NCBI GenBank assembly: GCA_963714515.1
Contig: CAVQOU010000001.1
Span: 205,637-269,636 of the forward strand
Source of the DNA: an uncultured Deinococcaceae bacterium
Lineage (GTDB): Bacteria > Deinococcota > Deinococci > Deinococcales > Deinococcaceae
Direction of reading: 5' to 3'
Length of the DNA: 64,000 nt
The position numbers were made by a program, and so were the translations under genes. A model generated the notes under the pieces. It was not told the DNA's origin. It ran no database searches and was given only the letters and a program-made list of their open reading frames with translations. Below, piece after piece: positions 47,822 through 56,828 of the stretch (position 1 is the first letter of the stretch; each line of letters starts with the position of its first letter).

Positions 47822-48783
47822 GCTTCAAACCTGACGCGCGGATCGATCAGTCCGTACAGCACGTCCGCCACCAGGCTGCCGACGATCACCAGCACGGCGG
47901 TGATGGTGTTGATCGCCATCGACACCGGGTAATCGCGGGCGAACACCGAATCGACGAGCAGGCGGCCCATCCCCGGCCAGGCGAAGATGGTCTCGGTGAT
48001 GACCGATCCGGCAAAGAAGGCGGGCAGCGAGAGACCCAGCAGCGTCACCACCGGAATCAGGCCGTTGCGCAGGGCGTGCTTGAACAGAATGCTGCGCTCG
48101 CCCACCCCCTTGCTGCGGGCGGTGCGGATGTAGTCCTGGCGCAGCGCCTCGCTGACCGAGCTGCGGACGTGCCGCAAGATGCCCGCAATGCCGGTCAGGG
48201 TCAGCACGCACACCGGCAGCACCATGTGCCACAGCCGGTCAAACAGCAGCGCCCAGCCCTGGTGGTCGGCACTGTAACTCTCGAAGCCGGAGGTGGGAAA
48301 CCAGCCGAGCTGCACCGAGAAGAGGTAGATCAGGCTGAGGCCAAAAAAGAAGCTGGGAATGCTGATGCCGGCAAACACCAGCGTGGTGCTGAGGTAATCG
48401 ATCAGCGAGTAGGGCCGGGCGGCGCTGTAGATGCCGATGCCCAGCGCGGTTACCACGATCAGCACGAAGGAGGTCAGGGTGAGCAGCAGCGTCGGCCCGG
48501 CCCGCTGCTTGAGCAGGGCCGTGACGCTCTGACCGTTTCTGACCGAGTAGCCGAAGTTGCCCCGCGCCAGATTCGACACCCAAGCCAGGTACTGCACCGG
48601 CACCGGTTTGTCGACGCCCAGGGCAGCCTCAGCCCGGGTGATTTCCTGCGGACTCATGCGCGGATTGATGAACGTCTGCATCGCGTTGCCGGGGGCCAGG
48701 TTCATCACCGCGAAGCTGATAAACGACACCATGATCAGCAGCACGGCACCTTGCAGCCCCCGCTTGGCGATGAACGGCAGCAC
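47818..48783 (-). CDS. Oligopeptide ABC permease (OppB-like)
   Basis: DYIRTARSKG, HALRN, ETIFAWPGMG, DVLYGLIDPRV. Confidence 0.93.
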   Translation of the reverse strand: MLPFIAKRGLQGAVLLIMVSFISFAVMNLAPGNAMQTFINPRMSPQEITRAEAALGVDKPVPVQYLAWVSNLARGNFGYSVRNGQSVTALLKQRAGPTLLLTLTSFVLIVVTALGIGIYSAARPYSLIDYLSTTLVFAGISIPSFFFGLSLIYLFSVQLGWFPTSGFESYSADHQGWALLFDRLWHMVLPVCVLTLTGIAGILRHVRSSVSEALRQDYIRTARSKGVGERSILFKHALRNGLIPVVTLLGLSLPAFFAGSVITETIFAWPGMGRLLVDSVFARDYPVSMAINTITAVLVIVGSLVADVLYGLIDPRVRFEA

Positions 48784-48786
48784 CGC

Positions 48787-50421
48787 TTACTGTACCCACC
48801 AACGCGCCACGTTGACGTTGACGCCCCGGATGTCCGGCGCGAAGTTGTGCAACCGGGTCTGGTTGCCGTAGAGCGCCTGCGCCTGGGTCAGCGGAATCCA
48901 GGGCAACTGGTCACGCATCAGGAGGCCGAACTGGTTGTAGAGCGATTTGCGGGCGGTCTGGCTGACGGTTTCCTGGCCCCTGGTCAGCAGGTTGCCGCCG
49001 GAGGGGTCGGTGTAGCCGGTGAAGTTGTAGCCGTTGGGCGGCTGACCGTCGGCCGTGAAGTACGACAGGTACTCGCTGGGGTCGCGCTCGATGCCGAAGC
49101 CCAGAATAAACAGGTCAAAATCCGTGGCGTTCACGGCGCGGGGCTTGCTTTGCCCGTCTTTGGGCAGCAGGTAGGTCACCAGCGTCGGAAAGTCCATGCT
49201 CTGCAAGTCGACCTGAACGCCGATCTGGCGCAAATTGGCCTGAATCAGCGCCGCGCCGCGCTCGCGCACCGGGTTGCCGGTGGTGTAGAACAAGCGCAGT
49301 TTGAGGGCCTTGCCGTCCTTGCTGCGCACCCCGCCGCTCAGCTTCCAGCCCGCGTCGTCCAGGGTTTTCTGGGCCAGCGCCGGGTCATAGGGAATGGCTT
49401 TAACGTTGCTGGGGTAGGCCCAGTGCGATTTGGGAAACAGGGTGTCGACCACCGTGCCGTAGCCGGACATCAGCCCGGTCACGATGGCCTTGCGGTTGAT
49501 GGCGTAGGCCATCGCCGTGCGCACCGCTTTGTCGGCCAGAACGGGGTTTCTCAGGTTGGTGCCGACATAATCAAAACTCAGCTGGTTGACCACCGTCAGC
49601 TTGACGTTGGCATTGTCCTTGACGCTCGCCACGCTCGGCACCGGCACCGGAGCGGCGTCCACCTCGCCCTTGACCAGCGCGGCCAGCATGGTGTTGGCGT
49701 CGCCGAAGCGCACGATCAAGCGGTCGAGGCAGGGCCGACCCGCAAAATACGTTTTGTTGGCTTCGAGCTCAATGAGTTCGCCGCTGCGGTACTGCTTGAA
49801 CTTGAACGGGCCGCTGCCGACGGGGTTGCGGTTGGTGGCGTCTTTTTGCCAGTTTTCCACCGCGACCTTGCCGTAGATGTGCTGCGGCAAGATCATGATG
49901 CCCGCCAACGTCGCCAGAATCGGAGCGTAGACCTTGTCGGTCGTGAGCGCGATGGTGCGGTCGTCGATCACCTTGATGCCGCTGACCGAGGTGGCCTTGC
50001 CGTCATGGTAGGCGTCCGCGCCGCTGAGCACCTCCACCTGACTGAACGCGCCGCCGTTGTACTTGGGGCTGGCGATGGCGCTGAGGGTAAAGGCCACGTC
50101 TCTGGCGGTCAGCGGCTGGCCGTCGTGCCACTTGACATTGGGGCGCAGCTTGAGGGTGAGGGTTTTCTTATCGGCGGAAAATTTCCATGACTGCGCCAGG
50201 TCCGCTTGGTAGTTGAGGTCGGCGGTGGGTTTGACCAGGGCGTTGAAGACCAGTTCTTCAATGTTGGTGTCATAGGTGGTCGGAAAGATCAGCGGGTTGA
50301 GGTTGCCGGGTTCGCTGTTCTGGGCGATGGTCGCCGTACCGCCGACTTTGGGGCAGGTGGCCGTTTGGGCAGCAGCGCCGGCGAGGAGCAAAGCGGCGGA
50401 CAGGAAAAGCAGTTTACGCAT
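48787..50421 (-). CDS. Oligopeptide ABC substrate-binding protein, family 5
   Basis: Signal peptide, LRPNVKWHDGQPLTARDVAFT, PVGSGPFK, VR.AMAYAINR. Confidence 0.93.
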   Translation of the reverse strand: MRKLLFLSAALLLAGAAAQTATCPKVGGTATIAQNSEPGNLNPLIFPTTYDTNIEELVFNALVKPTADLNYQADLAQSWKFSADKKTLTLKLRPNVKWHDGQPLTARDVAFTLSAIASPKYNGGAFSQVEVLSGADAYHDGKATSVSGIKVIDDRTIALTTDKVYAPILATLAGIMILPQHIYGKVAVENWQKDATNRNPVGSGPFKFKQYRSGELIELEANKTYFAGRPCLDRLIVRFGDANTMLAALVKGEVDAAPVPVPSVASVKDNANVKLTVVNQLSFDYVGTNLRNPVLADKAVRTAMAYAINRKAIVTGLMSGYGTVVDTLFPKSHWAYPSNVKAIPYDPALAQKTLDDAGWKLSGGVRSKDGKALKLRLFYTTGNPVRERGAALIQANLRQIGVQVDLQSMDFPTLVTYLLPKDGQSKPRAVNATDFDLFILGFGIERDPSEYLSYFTADGQPPNGYNFTGYTDPSGGNLLTRGQETVSQTARKSLYNQFGLLMRDQLPWIPLTQAQALYGNQTRLHNFAPDIRGVNVNVARWWVQ

Positions 50422-50466
50422 GGTGAACCTCCGGAGCGAAGCGGGACGACAGGGAAGCGGGGGAGA

Positions 50467-51636
50467 TCAGCGGGCGGTCCAGAGCTGCTGCTGGCGGGTG
50501 CTCAGGTACTGCGGGCCGGCGTGGGTCACCAGCACGTTTTCCTCCACGATCATGCTGGGGTCGGGACTCATCAACACGGTGGGTTCCAGGGTAAAGACCA
50601 TGCCGGCTTCGACGCTCAGGCCAGGAGCGCGGCGTTTGTTGTCCCAGCGCGGGCCGAGCACCGCGCCGCCGTCGTGGACATGCCGACCAATCTGGTGGCC
50701 GGTGGAGTGCTGGATTTCAGGATAGCCGAGGCCCAGCAGGTGCTGCCGGGCGGCGGCGTCCACCTGATGGCCCAGCGTTCCCGGCTGGAGCGCGGCAAAG
50801 GCCGCGTCAATCGCGCCGTAAATTGCGGCAAAGACCTGCTGCTCGCGCTGGGGCGGGGCGTCTTCGCCCTCCTTGAGAAAGTAAACGGTGCGGGCAATGT
50901 CAGAAAAGTAGCCCTCTACTTCCAGCGCGGTGTCCAGAATCAGCAGGTCGCCGGGCACGACGGCCTCGTCGGTGGGCGCGCGGTGCGACATGCCGACCCG
51001 GTTGATCAGCACCAGCGGCCCGCCGAAATCGCCCGGATCGGGGGACGCGCCGAGTTCGGCAGCGAGCGCGTTCATGCGGGCCTGGATCTGGCGCTCGGTC
51101 TGTCCGGCGCTGAGGGTTGGCCGCAGCCGGTCATAAAATTCCACGGTGAGGGTGATGGCGCGTTGCAGGCGGCGCAGTTCTTCCGGAGACTTGATGGCCC
51201 GCACCCGGCCCAGCCGCTCCTCGCTGCTCACGATGTGTACCCTGGGCAGCGCGGCCCGCAGCACTTTTTCAATGAACAGGTATTGCCCGTGGGTCAGACC
51301 GTCGCAGCGCACGTCGTGTTCGCTGAAGTTGAGCAGCACCGTGTGGGGAGCGAGTTCGCCGAGCCAGCCGATCAGGGCCTCGTCAAACGAGGCGGCGTAA
51401 CTGCGCGTTTCTATGAAACCCGAGTGCTGCTCAAAATGCCCGGCGTCGATGCGCGACACCAGCGCTTTGGGGTGGCCGCTGCTCTCCAGCATAAAGGCGG
51501 CCTTGCCCACCGAATTGGTATCGAAGACCAGATTGACGTTGGGATCGCTGCCCTCCTGGGTCACAAACAGCCAGAGTTCACCGGCCTGGAGTTGCTGCGT
51601 GGCCTGCCGTGCTTTTTCTTCGCCCAGTGCTGACAT
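50467..51636 (-). CDS. M24 metallopeptidase (Xaa-Pro peptidase family), paralog A
   Basis: RAIKSPEE, D...EGYFSDIART, HSTGHQIG, LEP, VEE metal ligands. Confidence 0.9.
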   Translation of the reverse strand: MSALGEEKARQATQQLQAGELWLFVTQEGSDPNVNLVFDTNSVGKAAFMLESSGHPKALVSRIDAGHFEQHSGFIETRSYAASFDEALIGWLGELAPHTVLLNFSEHDVRCDGLTHGQYLFIEKVLRAALPRVHIVSSEERLGRVRAIKSPEELRRLQRAITLTVEFYDRLRPTLSAGQTERQIQARMNALAAELGASPDPGDFGGPLVLINRVGMSHRAPTDEAVVPGDLLILDTALEVEGYFSDIARTVYFLKEGEDAPPQREQQVFAAIYGAIDAAFAALQPGTLGHQVDAAARQHLLGLGYPEIQHSTGHQIGRHVHDGGAVLGPRWDNKRRAPGLSVEAGMVFTLEPTVLMSPDPSMIVEENVLVTHAGPQYLSTRQQQLWTAR

Positions 51637-51700
51637 TGCGTCCTCCCGAGGTCTACGGCCCCGTGTATGACTGCCCAAGTCTTAGCATGCTGGCTGACAG

Positions 51701-51716
51701 CAGTCAAGATATTGAA
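51701..51716. promoter_or_regulatory. Operator-like motif CAGTCAAGATATTGAA overlapping the leftward -35 (TTGACT)
   Basis: 14/16 identical to the reverse complement of 51825-51840. Confidence 0.6.
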
Positions 51717-51814
51717 TTTCACTGGGGTTATGCTGGGCTGATTGCACCCCAGGTTTCCGCTTCGGCGTCCAAATAGGCCGGTAGGGAGCTGATCTGACTT
51801 TGCAGGGGCGCTGC

Positions 51815-51840
51815 TTGAACTGTGTTCAATAGATTGACTG
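51815..51840. promoter_or_regulatory. Operator-like motif TTCAATAGATTGACTG plus overlapping inverted repeat TTGAAC-N3-GTTCAA at the rightward -35
   Basis: Inverted copy of 51701-51716; TTGACT followed 19 bp later by TACAAT. Confidence 0.6.
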
Positions 51841-51929
51841 GAAGCCCGCCGCCGTCGCTACAATCGCCGCACGGAAGAGCAGCATAGCAAACCCGCGTTC
51901 GGGCGGCCCAGTCAGCGGGAGGCAGGAGG

Positions 51930-53099
51930 ATGGACACACTCGCGCAGCAAAAAATTACCCAGGCCCAGGGCCTGCTGGGGCCGGATGAAGTCTGGCTGTT
52001 TTTGACCCAGGAAGGCAGCGATCCCAACGTCAATCTGGTCTTCGGCACGGCGCTGAGTGGCCGGGCGGCGCTGATGCTGCACCCCCGGCGCGGCGCACTG
52101 GCGCTGTGCGCCAATTACGACCGGGGCCATCTGGAACACCAGGGCCAGTTTGCCGAACTCCGCGACTACACCCGGAGTTTTGCCGACGCTTTCTGCGATT
52201 GGCTAACCGAACTCGCGCCGCAGACCCTCTGGCTCAACTTCAGCGAACACGATTCGCTGGCCGACGGCCTGAGTTACGGCCAGTACCTGAGTACTCGAGC
52301 GGCTTGATTCACCAGACGCTGCCCGCTGCCCAGCTTCGGAGCAGCCAGGACCTGCTACGCACCGTGCGCGGCGTCAAGACCCCCGAGGAACTGCGCCGCC
52401 TTCAACGCGCCATCGACCTCACGGGCGAGATGTACGACCGGCTACGGCCCACCCTCAGCGCCGGACAGACCGAACGCCAGATTCAGGCCCGCATGAACGC
52501 GCTGGCCGCCGAACTCGGCGCGTCGCCGTACCTGGGGGGTCACGGCGGGCCGCTGGTGTGCATTAACCGGATCGGGCCTGGCGCACCGCGCTCCGACCGA
52601 TGAAGCGCTGCGCCCCGGCGACCTGCTGATCCTCGACGCGGGCCTGGCGGTGGAGGGTTACTTCTCCGACATCGCCCGCACGCTGTATGTTCGGCAGCCG
52701 GGCGAGGACCAGGCCCCCGCCGGGCTTCAAGCGGTCTTTGGGGCCATCTACGCGGCGATTGACGCGGCCTTTGCCGCGCTGAGACCCGGCGTGAGCGGCG
52801 TGGAGGTGGACGCCGCCGCCCGCAGCGCCCTTCGGCAAGCCGGACAGCCCGAACTCAGCCACGCCACCGGCCACCAGATCGGGCAGCGCGTTCACGACGG
52901 CGGCACCCTGCTCGGCCCCGACTGGGAGCGCTACAACGCAGCCTCGCGGGGACGGGTGCAGGCGGGCGAGGTCTATACCCTGGAGCCGACGGTGGTGCAG
53001 TCGCCGCGGCCCAGCATGATCGTGGAGGAAAATGTGCTGGTGACGCCGAGCGGCGCACGGTATTTGAGCCGCCGTCAGGAACAGCTGTGGCTGATCTAG
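51930..53099 (+). CDS. M24 metallopeptidase, paralog B; frameshifts near 52295 and 52575
   Basis: WLFLTQEGSDPNVNLVF, VKTPEELRRLQRAI, EGYFSDIART, HATGHQIG, SMIVEENV. Confidence 0.85.
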
Positions 53100-54154
53100 C
53101 GGCGAGTCGGCTGACCGCCCTGCGCGGGGTGCTGGGGCCAGAGGTGGAGGCGGTGCTGATCACCGCGCCGTCTCAGCTGCGGGCCTTCTGCGGGGTGCAG
53201 GTCTCGGCGGGCGCGTTGGTGCTGACGCCCCAGGACACTGTGCTGCTGCTCGATCCGCGCTACCAGGCCGCCGTGACGGTGCCGAGCGGCGTGACCCTGA
53301 GGCCGTACGCCAACGCCCGACTGTTCTCCCAGGCGGTGCGGGCGGTTCTGACAGACGCCAGACGCATCGGCGTCTACGCCCCCGCGCTCAGTCTGGCCGA
53401 GATGAAGGCGCTGAGTCCCCAGGATGACCTGAGCTTCGTGCCGATCGACGCGGTGATAGACGAACGGACCAGTCTGCTGAACGGTGACGAGTTGGCGGCG
53501 ATGCAACGGGCCGAAGCCCTCACCCGGCGGGCCATCGCGGCGACGTTCGCGGCGCTGCGCCCCGGCATCAGCGAACGCCAGCTCGAGCGGGTGCTGCTGG
53601 AGCAACTGGCTGAGGGCAGCGAAGGGCCAGCTTTTCCCCCGATTGTGGCCTTCGGAGAGCGCACCGCGCTGCCCCACGCCCATCCCGGCGAAGCCCGCTG
53701 GCAGCCCGGCCAGCTCGTTACGGTGGACGCCGGAGCCGTCGTAGACGGCCTGCACGCCGATCTGACCGACACGCAACTGATCGGTGGAGCGCCGCAGGAC
53801 TCCTCACGCGCCCAGGAGCTGCTGTCGCTGACCCGCCGGGCGCTGAGCGCGGCCATCCGCGTGACCCGCGCGGGCGTGCCGGCCAGCCAGATCGACGAAG
53901 CGGCCCGCGCCGTGTTCCGGGAAGCGGGGCTGGACGACCACACCCTGCGCGGCATCGGGCACGCGCTGGGCTACCGAGTCCACCAGTATCCGATTCTGCG
54001 CGAACACGGTCAGGAAACGGTGCAGCCGGGTCAGGTGCTGGCGCTGGAGCCGGGCGTGTACCTGCCGGGCTTCGGCGGCGTGCGGCTGGAGGAGATGGTG
54101 GTGGTCACAGCAGGCGGCGCGGTGCCGATGTCGGCGTGGCAGGCGCGGCCGTGA
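53087..54154 (+). CDS. M24 aminopeptidase P-like protein (third, divergent copy)
   Basis: AFPPIVAFG, ALPH, DAG......D.T, GH.LG, EPGVY.PG.GGVRLEE. Confidence 0.88.
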   Translation: MADLAASRLTALRGVLGPEVEAVLITAPSQLRAFCGVQVSAGALVLTPQDTVLLLDPRYQAAVTVPSGVTLRPYANARLFSQAVRAVLTDARRIGVYAPALSLAEMKALSPQDDLSFVPIDAVIDERTSLLNGDELAAMQRAEALTRRAIAATFAALRPGISERQLERVLLEQLAEGSEGPAFPPIVAFGERTALPHAHPGEARWQPGQLVTVDAGAVVDGLHADLTDTQLIGGAPQDSSRAQELLSLTRRALSAAIRVTRAGVPASQIDEAARAVFREAGLDDHTLRGIGHALGYRVHQYPILREHGQETVQPGQVLALEPGVYLPGFGGVRLEEMVVVTAGGAVPMSAWQARP

Positions 54155-54254
54155 GCCCCGGCGGGTTCCCGCGCCCGTGGCCTGAAGGCGGAGTCGGGGC
54201 CCGCCGCTTGAGGACTCAGCAGGCCACCAACCACCCCATTCGAAAGGAGCTGTC

Positions 54255-55364
54255 ATGAAACAACACGTCTTGGTGATCGGAGCCGGCATTATCGGGGCCT
54301 GCACCGCTTTGGAACTGACCCGTCGGCAGCACCGCGTCACCTTGCTGGAAGCCGATCAGCCGGGCAGCGGCATCACCCGCTGGTGTCCCGGCGGCGTGCG
54401 CCAGCAGTGGGGCAGCGACTTAACCACCCTGCTGGTGCGCGACAGTCTGCCTTTTTTTGAGCGCGTCGCCGACCTGGACCCCGCGCTGCACTTTGAGAGA
54501 TGCGGCTACATCTTCCTGGGTTACAGCGACGCGGGCGAGCAGTACGCCCGGCAGCTGGTGGAGCGCCAGCAGCGCCTGGGGGTAGACGCCCGGCTGATCG
54601 GCGAGGCCGCCATGCGCGAGCTGTGTCCGCAGATCGTCACCGACGGCTTGCAGGCGGCCAGTTACGGCCCGGACGACGGGTTCGTCAACGATCCGGTGCG
54701 CCTGACCCAGGCGGTGGTGTGGGCCGCGCAAGACGGCGGAGCGCAGGTGGTGCACGGACGCGCTGAGGCGCTGCTCAGAGACGGTGAGCGGATCATCGGC
54801 GCTCGAACGAGTGCAGGCCCGATCAAGGCCGACGTGACGGTGCTGGCGGCGGGGCACGGCGCACGCGAGCTGGCGGCCAGCGTAGAGCTTGACTTGCCGC
54901 TGCACGCCGAGGAGCGCCGCCTGCACTACCTGGACGGCGCACCGGCAGGCTACTGCCGCCCGTTTCTGGCCTCGCAGGACAACCGCTGGGCCGGCAAGCA
55001 GCTCGGCGACGCCTTTTATATGAGTTATCTGGGCGAGCTGCCCGAAAGTGACGAGGCCTTCAAAGCGCTGACCTTTGGGCAGGGAGCGCGGGTACTGAGC
55101 GGGCTGGAGAAGCTGCGCAGCACCCAGGTCGTCCACGGCCACTACAGTTCCACCCCGGACTTTCAGGCCATCGTCGATGCGCCGCCGAGTCATCCGGGGC
55201 TGGTGCTGAGCGTGGGGTTTAACGGCAACGGCTTTATGGTGGCCCCGGCCAACGCCCGGCTGGTGCAGGCGCTGGTGGCCGGGGAGAGCCCGCCCTACGA
55301 GTATGCCGAGTACCGGCTTGAGCGCTTCGGCCAGCCGGTGCACATCGAAACGGCGGTGATCTGA
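54255..55364 (+). CDS. FAD-dependent amino acid oxidase/dehydrogenase (DAO/SoxB-like)
   Basis: VIGAGIIG, GGVRQQ, DG.V..P, Y..TPD, GFNGNGF..AP. Confidence 0.88.
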   Translation: MKQHVLVIGAGIIGACTALELTRRQHRVTLLEADQPGSGITRWCPGGVRQQWGSDLTTLLVRDSLPFFERVADLDPALHFERCGYIFLGYSDAGEQYARQLVERQQRLGVDARLIGEAAMRELCPQIVTDGLQAASYGPDDGFVNDPVRLTQAVVWAAQDGGAQVVHGRAEALLRDGERIIGARTSAGPIKADVTVLAAGHGARELAASVELDLPLHAEERRLHYLDGAPAGYCRPFLASQDNRWAGKQLGDAFYMSYLGELPESDEAFKALTFGQGARVLSGLEKLRSTQVVHGHYSSTPDFQAIVDAPPSHPGLVLSVGFNGNGFMVAPANARLVQALVAGESPPYEYAEYRLERFGQPVHIETAVI

Positions 55365-55819
55365 TGCTGGTGTTTGCCTTTGCCAGCGGTGAACTGCACG
55401 CCCAGCTTGACTTTGAACTTGCGCCGAGCACCTGCGCCGCCATCACCCAGGCGCTCACGACGCCGGTCACGCTGCGGGTCAGGCACGCCATGTTCACCGG
55501 CCCGGAGATGTCGATGCAGTTGCCCGCTTCCCAGCACGCCGCGCTGCTGGAGGTGCCGCCGGAAGCCGCCATCATCATGCCGGCCGAAGGCCAGGTGCTC
55601 TTCACGCCGCTGGCCGCCCGCGTCTGGCCGGGAAGCCGCGAGGCCATTTTGGACATCGGTATTTTTTATGGGCCGTATGGCCGCACCTTCTTCCCGAGCG
55701 GCTGGCTGCCCGGCAACGCCTTTGCCCGCATCCTTGCGGCGCATCAGGCCTTGATGAAAGAGCTGGGGCGCTCTCTGATCGAACGCGGAGCGCAGGACGT
55801 GACCCTGAGCATCCTTTGA
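55364..55819 (+). CDS. Hypothetical protein resembling DUF3830 (cyclophilin-like fold)
   Basis: AP.TC.A, HAMFTGPE, P..G, DIGIFYG, GN.FA; TGATG-coupled to the oxidase. Confidence 0.7.
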   Translation: MLVFAFASGELHAQLDFELAPSTCAAITQALTTPVTLRVRHAMFTGPEMSMQLPASQHAALLEVPPEAAIIMPAEGQVLFTPLAARVWPGSREAILDIGIFYGPYGRTFFPSGWLPGNAFARILAAHQALMKELGRSLIERGAQDVTLSIL

Positions 55820-55848
55820 GTAACGCAGGGTCAGGTGTCCGGGCCACT

Positions 55849-56700
55849 TCACTCTGGTAATGGCCGGAAGATAAAGACGTGGCCTTCGGGGTCGCGCACC
55901 GCCAGGCCGCCCTGATAAGGAACGTGGAGCAAGCCCGCCTGACGCACCCTCTCCAGCACGTCCGGAACCTCGGCATAAAACTCAACCAGGGCGTGGTCGC
56001 CGCCCATCATCTGGGCCAGGCCCACCTGCGGGTCCCAGGCGTAGAGCCAGCGCCGGGGCGTGCCGTTGCCGTCTTCTTCGGGCCTCGGTCCCAGGGTGAA
56101 CTGGGCAAAGTCGCGCTCGTCTTGCTCTTTGGCCAGCGCGAAGCCGTAGGCGCGGGGCAAGCGCTCCAGCATGGCCGGGTAATCGCCGAAGGCCAGCGCC
56201 ACCTCGCGCAGTCCGACCACCGGCAGGGTGCCGCCGGGTCTGCTGGGCTGCGGCGAGCGACGAACCGGCAGGCGGGGCCGGCGGACGTCGTCCGGATCGA
56301 CGGCGCGAATCTCCAGACCGTGCCCGAACGGATCAAAGAAATACAGGCCCAGGTCCGGGCGCTCCGGCGTGCCCAGGTTGATGTCTTCAACCGCGCAGCC
56401 GTGCGCTGAGAGCACCTCTCGGCTGAGGTCCAGGTCGCCCAGCAGCACCTGCCAGGCGTAGTGCAGGTGCGCCGCGCCGCGTGGACGAAGCGCAGTGAGT
56501 TCCGGCTTAAAGGGCCGCCGGGTGATAGGCTGCCACAGCGTCAGCGACTGAAATTCGCCGACCTGCAAGCTGGCCCAGCCGTGTTCGGGGTTCTGCTCAC
56601 CGACACTGAGGCCAAACAGACCCTGATAAAACGCCAGCGCCCGTTCCAGATCGTTGACTTCGAGCGTCAGACCGGCCAGATCGATGATTGGAGACTTCAT
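55849..56700 (-). CDS. VOC/glyoxalase family protein (two domains)
   Basis: V.DLERALAFYQ.LFG, HLHYA, YFFDPFGH.LE, RDPEGH. Confidence 0.85.
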   Translation of the reverse strand: MKSPIIDLAGLTLEVNDLERALAFYQGLFGLSVGEQNPEHGWASLQVGEFQSLTLWQPITRRPFKPELTALRPRGAAHLHYAWQVLLGDLDLSREVLSAHGCAVEDINLGTPERPDLGLYFFDPFGHGLEIRAVDPDDVRRPRLPVRRSPQPSRPGGTLPVVGLREVALAFGDYPAMLERLPRAYGFALAKEQDERDFAQFTLGPRPEEDGNGTPRRWLYAWDPQVGLAQMMGGDHALVEFYAEVPDVLERVRQAGLLHVPYQGGLAVRDPEGHVFIFRPLPE

Positions 56701-56828
56701 GCCTTGAGGCTATCCAGGCGCGGGGCAGCGCTTGTTCAGTGGGCCTTCATGCCTTGTCCATCTCCAGGCTTCAGCGCGGCCTGAAAGGAAGTGAGGCCGG
56801 TGTGCTGCTCGTTCGGATCTTCCTTGAC

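Noticed and set aside
48076-50190. Long antisense/shadow ORFs (704 aa here; also 10375-12132, 16177-17775, 41561-42913, 50206-51633, 59942-61375)
   Set aside because: They mirror well-supported genes on the other strand, as expected in high-GC DNA, and have no motifs
50467-55364. Creatinase plus sarcosine oxidase pathway
   Set aside because: The M24 proteins retain metal ligands that creatinases lack, and no SoxA/D/G subunits are present
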